DNA from: Polyangiales bacterium
GTDB lineage: Bacteria; Myxococcota_A; Polyangia; Polyangiales; Houyiibacteriaceae
Assembly (NCBI GenBank): GCA_045106895.1
Contig: JBGCFM010000102.1
Span: forward strand, 1 to 54,373
Direction: 5' to 3'
DNA length: 54,373 nucleotides
A program made the position numbers and the translations under genes. Within the stretch, counting starts at the first letter, position 1. Each line of letters starts with the position of its first letter. This document shows positions 9,654-24,297 of the stretch, piece by piece. The notes beneath the pieces were generated by a model, which worked only from the letters and a program-made list of their open reading frames with translations, was not told the origin of the DNA and did not search any database.

Positions 9654-10307
9654 ATGCGTTTACTTCTTGCCCTTGTTGTCCTCCAGGCCGCATGCGTTTC
9701 GTCGAGCATCGAGCTCGCCGAAGAGCCGTCCGACGCTGGGCCACCGATGGACGCTGGGCCACGGATGGACGGTGGGGGGGGGGTTCAGGACGCAGCACTA
9801 GACGCCCTCGACGGCTGCCAGAGTTCCGTCGCGCCGCCCATCGAATGCTACCGAGACTGCACCGTCGTCCCAGCCGAGTGGAATCAGGCCACTTGCGAGT
9901 TCGAGTGCGAGGAACCAGCCGCAGAGTGCTTCACACGGTGCGACCCAGTGTTGAGCATCTGCAGCGTTGGTTTTCAATGCTGCGATGGGGAAGAGTGCGA
10001 CCTTATCGCCCGAAACGAAGCCGGCTATGACCAGCTGTGCGACCCGGATCTGGCTCCGCTGGAATATGGCGCAGCCTGCGTCGAGAACAAATGTCAGGTG
10101 GTCGATTTCGGGTCCTGCGACGACGGCGACTCGTGCGTCGTCGCCCTAAACACGAACGACGCATGTGGCGAAGCCGTGATCAATGACGCCTTCTTCTCGG
10201 AATACGTTGACTTCATCTGCGCAACGAACCCTGATTGCTGCGAGAGCATCGTCGCGGAAACAGGCGCGGCCTTCTGCAACGAAGTTCGGGTGTGCGAAGC
10301 CGAGTAG
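9654..10307 (+). CDS. Cys-rich acidic lipoprotein, function unknown
   Basis: Signal peptide with QAAC lipobox, DAGPP linker, many Cys. Confidence 0.75.
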   Translation: MRLLLALVVLQAACVSSSIELAEEPSDAGPPMDAGPRMDGGGGVQDAALDALDGCQSSVAPPIECYRDCTVVPAEWNQATCEFECEEPAAECFTRCDPVLSICSVGFQCCDGEECDLIARNEAGYDQLCDPDLAPLEYGAACVENKCQVVDFGSCDDGDSCVVALNTNDACGEAVINDAFFSEYVDFICATNPDCCESIVAETGAAFCNEVRVCEAE

Positions 10308-10378
10308 TCCGAACACAGGATTTGCGCCCCCACCGAAGCGAATCCCTTGCGTGACAAGGCCCCGAAAACACCCACCCG

Positions 10379-11314
10379 TTAGGCGGACTCTGCGACCTTC
10401 GCTTTGGGCGTGGATAGGCGCTTCCAAAGCACGGCGACGACGGCGAGGATTCCCACCCCGACCCACTGCGAGGTACTGAGACCGGCGAAGCCTCCACGGT
10501 CATCTGCGCGGTAGTACTCGAGCACAAAACGAAGAACCGCGTAGAGCGCCAAGAAGACCAGCATCACTTGGCCGTCGAAGCGCTTGCGTGGTCGGACGAC
10601 CAACATGCACAACGCGGCAATGGCGAGGCAGCCGATGGCTTCAAAGAGCTGAGTCGGGTAGACGGCGAGGGACTCCACGCTCGGCCAATCGAGGAGGCCT
10701 GCCTTCCACTGAGATTCGCTGGCCGCGCTCCACGCAGGGAAACGTACGGCGAGCCAAGAATCGGCGTCGCACTGAGAGCCAAAACAGCAGCCACCGAGGA
10801 AGCAGCCCATGCGACCGAAGAAGAGCCCGAGGGGAATCACCATGCCCGCGAGGTCGACCCCCTTCAGGACGGGGAAGCCTTCTTTTCGCAGGAAATAGAT
10901 GCAGTAGATGCTCGCGGAGATGAGGCCGCCGTAGTAGGCGAGCCCTCCCCGCCAGAATGCTGCCCAGGCGAAGCAATCACGCTCCGGCGGTCGGCATACG
11001 TTCGCGGCGGCGTCCCAGATACCTTCGATCTGGACGCAGCGGGCTTGTGTCACCTGCCACTCCACCAGGGAGGGGTCCGTGCACAGATGCACGTAGTCCC
11101 AGAAGTACCCGTCCGCGAGAACGTGAAGAATGCGCCCGCCGATGACGCCCCAGATGAGCGCAAAAAGGCCCAGGTCGATCATCGTGTCGTGGTCGTAGCC
11201 CATGCGGCGCGTTTGCCGCTGGGCGAGATACGTCGCGAGGGCAAAGCCCACCATCAGCAGGGTGAAGTACGCTGGGAGGGGCTCGCCGAAGAACTCAAAG
11301 AGAGTCGGGAACAC
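10379..11314 (-). CDS. lgt: Prolipoprotein diacylglyceryl transferase
   Basis: GGRILHV, WRGGLAYYGG, FFGRMGCFLGGCCFG, YPTQLFE, RFVLEYYR; follows lspA with a 1-nt overlap. Confidence 0.92.
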   Translation of the reverse strand: MFPTLFEFFGEPLPAYFTLLMVGFALATYLAQRQTRRMGYDHDTMIDLGLFALIWGVIGGRILHVLADGYFWDYVHLCTDPSLVEWQVTQARCVQIEGIWDAAANVCRPPERDCFAWAAFWRGGLAYYGGLISASIYCIYFLRKEGFPVLKGVDLAGMVIPLGLFFGRMGCFLGGCCFGSQCDADSWLAVRFPAWSAASESQWKAGLLDWPSVESLAVYPTQLFEAIGCLAIAALCMLVVRPRKRFDGQVMLVFLALYAVLRFVLEYYRADDRGGFAGLSTSQWVGVGILAVVAVLWKRLSTPKAKVAESA

Positions 11315-11970
11315 TAGGCCGCGGCCGGTTCCGCAGATTTCTTCTCGGCGGCGGCACGCTCCTTCTCACGCTTTCCTTCTTGCCATCCATCGATGACGAG
11401 AAGAACCACGCCTACCGTGATGGTGATGTCCGCGACGTTGAAGGTCGGCCACTGCGTGCCGAGCAGCGGTATAGGTTCGCTCCAGTAGAAGCGAATGAAG
11501 TCGACCACGTAACCAAAACGAAGACGGTCCGCGAGATTGCCGAGGGCACCCGAGACGATAAATGGAACGGCCCAAGCAAAGGGTGCACCGCCTCGCCCTG
11601 ACCAGAACATCCAGAGCAACGCGAAGGTCGCGGCAACCGCCGCAATGCCAAAGACCGCGTGGCGGACCATCGACGAGGCCTCACGCAGCATCCCAAAAGC
11701 TGCACCGCAGTTCTCCGCGTAGTGAAACTCAAGGTTCCCTTCGATGAGCGTGTACGGCGTCGACGCGGAGCGTTGCGGGTACATATAGCCGCGCTCGTCC
11801 GCCTCACACACGGGACGTGCATCGCCAATGGGCGCTACGGAGAGGTTCTCAAGGGCGACGTCCTTGGTCCAAAGGTCGAAGACCGTCAGCGCGATGGTCG
11901 CGGCGATGCAAATCGCCAAGAGCTTGTGTGATCGCTTGGTCAGGGGCGCTGGTTTCTTCTCTTTGGTCAC
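11314..11970 (-). CDS. lspA: Lipoprotein signal peptidase II (downstream copy)
   Basis: DLWTK, NCGAAFG, GALGNLADR, GYVVDFI, WPTFNVAD. Confidence 0.95.
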   Translation of the reverse strand: MTKEKKPAPLTKRSHKLLAICIAATIALTVFDLWTKDVALENLSVAPIGDARPVCEADERGYMYPQRSASTPYTLIEGNLEFHYAENCGAAFGMLREASSMVRHAVFGIAAVAATFALLWMFWSGRGGAPFAWAVPFIVSGALGNLADRLRFGYVVDFIRFYWSEPIPLLGTQWPTFNVADITITVGVVLLVIDGWQEGKREKERAAAEKKSAEPAAA

Positions 11971-12021
11971 GCGCGCCTTCCTAGCACCGAGAACCCTGAT
12001 GACAAAGGAGCACCACCACGT

Positions 12022-12651
12022 TCAGGCCGCAATTTCGGCATTTTCGACCTTCACAGCCGGTTCACGGCCTCTTCGGAGACCGTCGATGAGGAGAAGCGCG
12101 ACCCCCACGGTGATCGTCATATCCGCCACATTGATGGTTGGCCACGCGTGTCCCAGCACCGGAATCGGCTCGCTCCAGTAAAGCCGGATAAAGTCCACGA
12201 CGTAGCCGAGGCGCGCGCGGTCCACCAGATTGCCCAGCGCGCCCCCGACGATGAGGGGGACGGCGAGCGCAAAGGTCACGCCACCGTGGCCTCGGGCGAG
12301 CATCACAAAAAGCGCAACGCAGGCAAGGAGCGCAGCCCCGGCGAAGATGACCTGACGCAAGATGGCCGGCGCATTACGGAGCAAACCAAACGAAGCACCG
12401 CAGTTTTCTGTGTAGTGAAACTCGAGGTGATGATCGATGAGGGAGACGCCGCCGGTGGCGTGTCGCTGAGGCGGCGCGAGGCCTAGCTCGCTGTACTCGC
12501 AAACGGGTGGCGGCGGTTCGGCGGGTTCCGATAGTTCATCGGCGGCCCACGCCTTGGAGCCAAGGTCCAGGCCGCAAAACAGGACGGCAGCCAAGGCGCA
12601 TAGAACAACACTGCGACGAGCGCGGGGGGAGCGAGCGTAAGCTGGGAACAT
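12022..12651 (-). CDS. lspA: Lipoprotein signal peptidase II (upstream copy)
   Basis: DLGSK, NCGASFG, GALGNLVDR, GYVVDFI, WPTINVAD. The ORF extends to 12735; ATG 12651 is the likely start. Confidence 0.92.
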   Translation of the reverse strand: MFPAYARSPRARRSVVLCALAAVLFCGLDLGSKAWAADELSEPAEPPPPVCEYSELGLAPPQRHATGGVSLIDHHLEFHYTENCGASFGLLRNAPAILRQVIFAGAALLACVALFVMLARGHGGVTFALAVPLIVGGALGNLVDRARLGYVVDFIRLYWSEPIPVLGHAWPTINVADMTITVGVALLLIDGLRRGREPAVKVENAEIAA

Positions 12652-12756
12652 CGAGACTCCGTGTCGCCCGTACCCTCCGAGGCCTAAAGGACAACGGCAG
12701 CGCAACCCCAAGTCGCACCGCCGTATTCCACTCAATCGCCCAAAGGGGCGTCTTTG

Positions 12757-18621
<5,865 letters not shown>

Positions 18622-18623
18622 AG

Positions 18624-18665
18624 GAGTTCTCGCGGACGGTCATAGGCCAACTCCGCGGAGAACTC
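18624..18665 (-). promoter_or_regulatory. Hairpin in the 5' leader of the giant surface-protein gene
   Basis: Arms 18624-18636 (gagttctcgcgga) and 18652-18665 (tccgcggagaactc): 13 bp with one bulge, ending 2 nt before the ATG. The regulatory role is inferred. Confidence 0.5.
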
Positions 18666-18726
18666 AAAGGCAAGTCACCTATTTGGGTTACAGAAAGTGC
18701 GTGAACGTGTGCAAACACACACAAAG

Positions 18727-19890
18727 CTAACCTGCGCAGAATCCTTCGTAGTCCACGTAGGAGGTGATCGAAGGCGTCGAACCACAAACGGCGCACTCCG
18801 GATCTTTCGGCAGCTTGAAGGTTCGCACCTTCATCGTGAGCGAATCGTACTGCAGCAATCGCCCGACGAGAGGGTCGCCGACGCCGAGGAGAATCTTGAT
18901 GGCTTCCGTCGCCTGGATGGTCCCGATCACTCCGGGAAGAACACCGAGAACGCCGGCCTCCGCGCAACTCGGCGCCAAGTGCGGAGGCGGAGGCTCCGGA
19001 TAGAGACAGCGATAACACGGACCTTGGTGCGGCCAGAACGTCGTCGCCTGCCCGTCGAAACGGAAGATGGAACCGTGAACCACGGGGATGTCCTTGAACA
19101 CCGAAGCGTCGTTCACCAGATAGCGCGTAGGGAAGTTGTCGAGGCCGTCCACGATGACGTCCCAGCCTTGGTCGAAGATGCGGTCGACGTTCGACGAGTC
19201 GAGGCGCTCTTGGAACGGGATCACCGTCACGTCGGGGTTGAGGTCATTGATGCGCGCGACGGCGCTCTCCACCTTGGGTCGTTCCACCTGGGAGCGACCG
19301 TGCAGGACTTGGCGCTGAAGGTTAGACTCGTCGACGGTGTCTCCATCCACGATGCCAAGTGTGCCCACGCCAGCCGCTGCGAGATAGAGCGCTGCCGGCG
19401 AGCCGAGGCCGCCGGCGCCAAGGAGCAGCACGCGGCTCTGAAGGAGTTTCGCCTGCCCTTTCTCACCCACCTCGGGCAAGAGCAAGTGACGCGAGTAGCG
19501 GCTCAGCTGTGCGTCCGTGAAGGCGAAGGGCTTCGTTTGAGGGTAGCCCTTGTCTTTCCAGTCGTTGAATCCAGGGTTCGCGGTCTCGACGTTCGTGTAG
19601 CCAAGCTCCATCAGCGCCTTCGCTGCGAAGGCGCTTCGGATGCCGCCGGCGCAGTACACGATGATCTTCGCGTCGGGCTTCGGGAGGCGCGACTGCGCCT
19701 GCATCTCGAGAAAACCTCGCGGCAAGTGCAGCGCACCCGGAATATGCCCTTGGCGCCACTCATCCTTCTCGCGGACGTCGACGAGGGTCATCTCTTCGTC
19801 GGCGCTCATTCGCTCGTGAAGCGATTCCAGCGTTACCTGGGTCACGCTCGCCTTTACGTCTTGGAGCAGCTCTGTGTACGTCTTCGCCAT
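18727..19890 (-). CDS. moeB: MoeB/MoeZ-type adenylyltransferase-sulfurtransferase (N-terminal rhodanese plus ThiF/E1-like domain)
   Basis: Rhodanese DVRE...GHIPGA...YCAGGIRS; RYSRHLLL, GAGGLGSP, SNLQRQ, CYRC and CAVC Zn sites. Confidence 0.93.
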   Translation of the reverse strand: MAKTYTELLQDVKASVTQVTLESLHERMSADEEMTLVDVREKDEWRQGHIPGALHLPRGFLEMQAQSRLPKPDAKIIVYCAGGIRSAFAAKALMELGYTNVETANPGFNDWKDKGYPQTKPFAFTDAQLSRYSRHLLLPEVGEKGQAKLLQSRVLLLGAGGLGSPAALYLAAAGVGTLGIVDGDTVDESNLQRQVLHGRSQVERPKVESAVARINDLNPDVTVIPFQERLDSSNVDRIFDQGWDVIVDGLDNFPTRYLVNDASVFKDIPVVHGSIFRFDGQATTFWPHQGPCYRCLYPEPPPPHLAPSCAEAGVLGVLPGVIGTIQATEAIKILLGVGDPLVGRLLQYDSLTMKVRTFKLPKDPECAVCGSTPSITSYVDYEGFCAG

Positions 19891-19894
19891 CGCT

Positions 19895-20893
19895 CTATTC
19901 CTCGCTCAAACTTAGTGTCGCGGCTGGCCGCCACCCCCCGGCGAGTGCATCGACCCGAGGCGCATCGACGTTCCCGCCTGTCACCCATAGCACCGTGGAG
20001 CCCCCGACGTCCTTCGCCAGGGAATTCGACCGCGCCCACGCGACCGTCGCCGCGCCGGAGCCTTCCACGACACGACCTAATTGGCCTCGAAGAAGCACCA
20101 TGGCCTGCGCGATGTCCTCTTCGCGGACAAGCTCGCCACGAACGGAACCCTCTTGGGCGGCACGCAGAGTCGACGCGCAGATACCGCCCTCGAGTCCCTC
20201 GGCGAGCGTGGGCCCACTCGGAGCAAGTGTCGCTAGAGCGACGTTGGAGCGAAGTGAGCGCGCCATGGCGTCACTGACCTCGCTCTCGACACCAACGCAC
20301 TCGGCCTCTGAGCCTTGAACGCGAAGCGCAGCGCACACCCCCGCGAGAAGTCCCCCGCCGCCAACGGGCACCGCGACCCGCGCCAGGTTTGGCAAGGCCT
20401 CGAGCACCTCCAGCATCGCGGCGGATCCGTTTCCAGCCGCCACGCTCGGATCGTCGAAGGGAGAAACAAAGAGCGCGCCCTCCGCTTCGGCGCGAGCACG
20501 GGATTCGACGGCGTCGTACTGAGTCTCTTCGCAAAGAACGAGTTTCGCCCCGAGTTCGCGCATTCCATCAAGCTTCACTGCGGGCAATGCGGAGGACACG
20601 AAGACCTTCAAGCGCAGACCCAAGAGACGAGCCGCGTAGGCCAGACCGAGGCCATGGTTCCCCGCGCTCGCGGCAACGACCCCTCGCTCTTTTGCACGCT
20701 CGCGGTGCTGCGAGAGGTAGGTGAGCGCTCCACGGACCTTGAACGAGCCCGTTGGAAGCGCGAGCTCCAGCTTCAGCCAGGTGTCCGGCCCCAGCCATGG
20801 CGCCGGCACCAAAGGAGACCGAAGCGCATGTTCGCGGCTCGTCGAAACAGCGGCGGCGATGTGTTCGGGCTGGATGTTCCATACGGCGCTCAT
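19895..20893 (-). CDS. PLP-dependent threonine/serine dehydratase family protein without ACT domain
   Basis: LKLE..LPTGSFKVRGA, ASAGNHG, PVGGGGL, TGGNVD. Confidence 0.9.
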   Translation of the reverse strand: MSAVWNIQPEHIAAAVSTSREHALRSPLVPAPWLGPDTWLKLELALPTGSFKVRGALTYLSQHRERAKERGVVAASAGNHGLGLAYAARLLGLRLKVFVSSALPAVKLDGMRELGAKLVLCEETQYDAVESRARAEAEGALFVSPFDDPSVAAGNGSAAMLEVLEALPNLARVAVPVGGGGLLAGVCAALRVQGSEAECVGVESEVSDAMARSLRSNVALATLAPSGPTLAEGLEGGICASTLRAAQEGSVRGELVREEDIAQAMVLLRGQLGRVVEGSGAATVAWARSNSLAKDVGGSTVLWVTGGNVDAPRVDALAGGWRPAATLSLSEE

Positions 20894-21021
20894 AGGCCGA
20901 GACTAGCCCGACGCGGCTTGGTGACAAACTCGCCCGCCGAACGCCGCGACCTCTCCCGAGCGCTGCCACATCTTCGCCACAAACGCCCCGCAAGCTCTTG
21001 GAGCTGACCGAAGCCGGCGTT

Positions 21022-21074
21022 GACACGATGACGCGACGGTGTGGTCCACAGAGGACGAACGGGGACACGATGAC
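21022..21074 (+). repeat. 11-bp direct repeat GACACGATGAC x2, 42 bp apart; candidate enhancer-binding-protein sites
   Basis: Exact copies at 21022-21032 and 21064-21074, upstream of a sigma54 motif. Confidence 0.55.
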
Positions 21075-21131
21075 AATGCAAACGAGCAAAAAAGCCCATA
21101 ACCCACGACATTATGGGCCCTTGAAGCCGGA

Positions 21132-21146
21132 TGGCATCCGACTTGC
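21132..21146 (+). promoter_or_regulatory. Putative sigma54 (-24/-12) promoter
   Basis: TGGCATCCGACTTGC matches TGGCAy-N5-TTGC with exact GG-N10-GC spacing; intergenic and oriented toward the ECF sigma gene. Confidence 0.7.
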
Positions 21147-21234
21147 GAGGGTACTCGGGGAACTCAAGACGGCCAGCGCCGGGAATCTCAGCCCAGTCTA
21201 TGACTTGGGTCCCGCGGCCGAAGAAGGACTCCCC

Positions 21235-21786
21235 ATGAAGCAGTCACAGCAGCTCAAGACACGCGCAGCATTCGAAGCCATTCTCGCCCCACATATGGAC
21301 GAGCTCTACGGGGCGGCGGTTCGCCTCGCCCGCTCACCCTCCGATGCCGACGATGTGCTGCAAGAGGCGATGGCCCGGGCCTGGACGTTCTGGGACCGTT
21401 TCGAGGCCGGAACAAACGTGCGCGCTTGGATGCATCGCATCCTCTACAACACCTTCGTCAACGGCTACCGGAAGCGCCGACGCGAGCGAGAGGTCTTGGC
21501 AAAGGTCCACGACGACCGTAAAGCGCTCGCGAATCTCCAGGCGCCCGCGCCGAGCGGCGGCATGGGCCTCGGTGACGAGGTGAGCAAAGCGTTGGAAGAA
21601 CTTCCCCAGACTTTTCGCGCCGTCGTGGAACGCGTCGACCTACACGGACAGAGCTATCGCGAGACGGCAGAAGCCATCGGTTGCCCCGTCGGCACCGTGA
21701 TGTCGCGCCTCCATCGTGGTCGCCGTCTCCTCAAGGAGCAGCTGCGAAACTACGCCGCGACCGAAGGCTACGTCGCCGCTGCGTGA
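21235..21786 (+). CDS. ECF-type RNA polymerase sigma-70 factor
   Basis: DADDVLQEA, AWMHRILYNTFVN (region 2); SYRETAEAIGCPVGTVMSRLHRGR (region 4); GAAGGA RBS before ATG 21235. Confidence 0.93.
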   Translation: MKQSQQLKTRAAFEAILAPHMDELYGAAVRLARSPSDADDVLQEAMARAWTFWDRFEAGTNVRAWMHRILYNTFVNGYRKRRREREVLAKVHDDRKALANLQAPAPSGGMGLGDEVSKALEELPQTFRAVVERVDLHGQSYRETAEAIGCPVGTVMSRLHRGRRLLKEQLRNYAATEGYVAAA

Positions 21787-23240
21787 AGCTCGCGCATCAC
21801 TGCCGGGACCGCATCCGCGATCTCCCTGGCTAAGATGCCCCGATCAGTCTTCAGGTGCTCTCCCGCGAGGGCGTGGACGATAACGCCGGTGGTCGCCGCC
21901 TCGAGGGGGCTCAAGTGCACGAGGAGCGCCGCGATGAGACCGGTGAGAACGTCGCCGCTGCCCGCCGTCGCGAGCGCCGATGACCCAAATGGACATACCC
22001 GTGGGGATTGCCCAGGGCTTGCGATGATGGAGCACGCCCCTTTCAACACAACCACCTGACCTGTGCTGTTGGCGAGTTCCTCCGCAGCCGCGAAGCGGTC
22101 CGACTCTACCCGCTGAGTGTCGCAGCCGAGGAGCCGAGAGGCTTCTCCGGGATGGGGTGTAAGAACAAGATGAGGACGCGCCCGGAGGCTCTCCGGTTCC
22201 GCCGCGAAGCACGTAAGCGCGTCGGCATCCACGACCATGGGTGAGTCCGTCTCAAGAACGAGGTGACGAATCACCGCGGCGTCGCCCTGTCCCACGCCCG
22301 GCCCGATACCGATCGCATGACAGTCGTTGAGCGCGTCGCGATCCGCGTCCTCGAAGGGTTGATGCATGAGCTCTGGAAACCCGACATGCCGTTCACCCCG
22401 CGACCACAAACGGACCAGGCCCGCGCCGCCACGGAACGCCGCCTGTGCGCAAAGAGCCGCGGCGCCGCTCATTCCGGGTGAGCCGGCGACGAGCCCCACA
22501 CGCCCCGCCGTGCCTTTGTGCATCTGGCGGCGACGCAACGGGATCGTGGCGTCGGAGCGCTCCAACACCGAAGCCCGCGCGTCGAGACCCGTCTTGAATC
22601 CAACGCGAAAGCCCAGTGACGCGACCTGAATCGCTCCAGACATGTCGACGCCATGCCCTGTGCGCAGGCCACGCTTTTCCGCACCGAACGTCACCGTGCG
22701 CTTCGCGTGCACACACACTCCGTGCCGTTGTCCGGTGTTCGCGTCGAGGCCACTCGGCAGATCCAGCGCGAGGACGGGTGTCGTGGAGGCGTTCATGCCT
22801 TCGACGACTCGGCGCGCCTCGCCGCCGACTTCGCGGGACAAGCCGGTGCCGAACATCGCATCCACGATGATGTCCGAACCGTCGAAAAGTGCGCGGAGGT
22901 CCTCATCCTGCACGCTCGTGCTCGCCTGTGGCACGAGGAACCCCTCGACGGCATTCCGCTGAATCTTCGCGTCTGCTCGCGGGAGCCCGCCGACGGTCAC
23001 AACTCGTACCTTCGCCGATGTCTCCATCGCAAAAAGCCGAGCGACCACCCAACCATCCCCGCCGTTCTGCCCCGGACCACACACCACCGTCACAAGTGAC
23101 GCGTCGGGACACATCGAGAGCGCCGCGTGGAACGCGCCCCAACCCGCGTTCTCCATCAGGATGAGCGAAGGCAAACCGGTGGCCTCTACCACCAGGGCGT
23201 CGAACCGGCGTGCCTCTTCCGCCGTCCAGAGTGCCTTCAA
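21768..23240 (-). CDS. nnr: Bifunctional NAD(P)H-hydrate epimerase/dehydratase (YjeF)
   Basis: LMENAG, CGPGQNGGDG, DAMFGTG, DLPSG; HKG..G, VVDADAL, LTPHPGEA, ATAGSGDVLTG. Confidence 0.95.
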   Translation of the reverse strand: MKALWTAEEARRFDALVVEATGLPSLILMENAGWGAFHAALSMCPDASLVTVVCGPGQNGGDGWVVARLFAMETSAKVRVVTVGGLPRADAKIQRNAVEGFLVPQASTSVQDEDLRALFDGSDIIVDAMFGTGLSREVGGEARRVVEGMNASTTPVLALDLPSGLDANTGQRHGVCVHAKRTVTFGAEKRGLRTGHGVDMSGAIQVASLGFRVGFKTGLDARASVLERSDATIPLRRRQMHKGTAGRVGLVAGSPGMSGAAALCAQAAFRGGAGLVRLWSRGERHVGFPELMHQPFEDADRDALNDCHAIGIGPGVGQGDAAVIRHLVLETDSPMVVDADALTCFAAEPESLRARPHLVLTPHPGEASRLLGCDTQRVESDRFAAAEELANSTGQVVVLKGACSIIASPGQSPRVCPFGSSALATAGSGDVLTGLIAALLVHLSPLEAATTGVIVHALAGEHLKTDRGILAREIADAVPAVMRELHAAAT

Positions 23241-23962
23241 CGCCGACTCTCACCTTCGTCGATGGCGCTTCGGAAGCGCGCGACGGCCTCTTCCAGTCCG
23301 ATAAAGATCGCGTCGGCGATGAGCGCATGCCCAATGTTGAGCTCAACGAGGTTTGGAAGCGCGGCCACCAGCGCCGAGACGTTTCGTGTGGTGAGGCCAT
23401 GGCCCGCCGCCACGTAGAGGCTTGGTTGCGTGCTCAGGTGCTCTGCTGCTTGAGCCAAGCGCGCGAGTTCTTCCTCCCCGCCGTGGGCGTAGTCGCCGGT
23501 GTGAAGTTCGACGGCCGCTGCGCCGGTCTCCAGGGCGGCGTCACACTGCGCGACGTCAGGGTCGATAAACAAGCTGGTTCGAATCCCATGGTCCTGGAGA
23601 CGTTTCACGCCGTCGCGAATACGCTTCATGTCACCCACGACGTTGAGCCCCCCCTCGGTGGTCCGCTCTTCGCGACGTTCCGGAACGAGCGTGACCAGCT
23701 CCGGACGGACGCGGCAGGCGATATCGAGCATCTCTTCGGTGAGCGCAGTCTCGAGGTTCAGTGGCGTCTCAAGAACCTGGCGCAACACCTCGACGTCTCG
23801 GTCCTGGGCGTGCCGCCGGTCCTCACGCAGATGGATGGTGATGCCATCCGCGCCCGCAGTCTCACACAAAAGCGCGGCGCGGACCGGGTCCGGGTAACGC
23901 GCCCCTCGCGCTTGGCGGACGGTGGCGACGTGGTCAACATTCACAGAAAGAGCGACGTGCAT
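23237..23962 (-). CDS. pdxJ: Pyridoxine 5'-phosphate synthase
   Basis: SVNVDHVATVRQAR, ITIHLREDRRH, TTEGG, ELHTG, AGHGL, ELNIGH. Confidence 0.97.
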   Translation of the reverse strand: MHVALSVNVDHVATVRQARGARYPDPVRAALLCETAGADGITIHLREDRRHAQDRDVEVLRQVLETPLNLETALTEEMLDIACRVRPELVTLVPERREERTTEGGLNVVGDMKRIRDGVKRLQDHGIRTSLFIDPDVAQCDAALETGAAAVELHTGDYAHGGEEELARLAQAAEHLSTQPSLYVAAGHGLTTRNVSALVAALPNLVELNIGHALIADAIFIGLEEAVARFRSAIDEGESRR

Positions 23963-24297
23963 ACGAAGCGCTCTAGCACGCGGCGGGCACTCGGCTCAGA
24001 CGAAAAGCCCCTCGCGTTTCGCCGTCGCCCCCAGAAAAAGACCAAGTAGTCCGAGGTCTTTCGCATCGCGCTGAGGAGATTCAGCGCACGCGTCGCGAGT
24101 TCGTGGTTTTCCGGTGTGACATGCACAGCTTCGGGCCCCTCGCTCACGCGGACCATCGCGCCCGGAAACTCTCGCTCAAGCTCTGCTTTGACGAGGGCAC
24201 CGAGCTTCGCGGCGCTCCGCGAACCGTCCACCCCGAAGTTCCCTCCGACCAGCTTTACCGGGTCGACGAATACGCTCATCTCCATCGAAGCACTCAA
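23941..24297 (-). CDS. Small hypothetical protein
   Basis: Fills the gap between prkA and pdxJ and overlaps both on the same strand. Confidence 0.55.
   Translation of the reverse strand: MSASMEMSVFVDPVKLVGGNFGVDGSRSAAKLGALVKAELEREFPGAMVRVSEGPEAVHVTPENHELATRALNLLSAMRKTSDYLVFFWGRRRNARGFSSEPSARRVLERFVCTSLFL

Noticed and set aside
18727..19890. E1-like gene as part of an anti-phage ubiquitin-like (CBASS/Bil) system
   Set aside because: No E2, JAB, cyclase or ubiquitin-like gene is nearby, and the sequence is a typical MoeB-rhodanese.
20998..21234. 79-aa N-terminal extension of the ECF sigma factor
   Set aside because: The region holds the putative sigma54 promoter, and a good RBS precedes ATG 21235.
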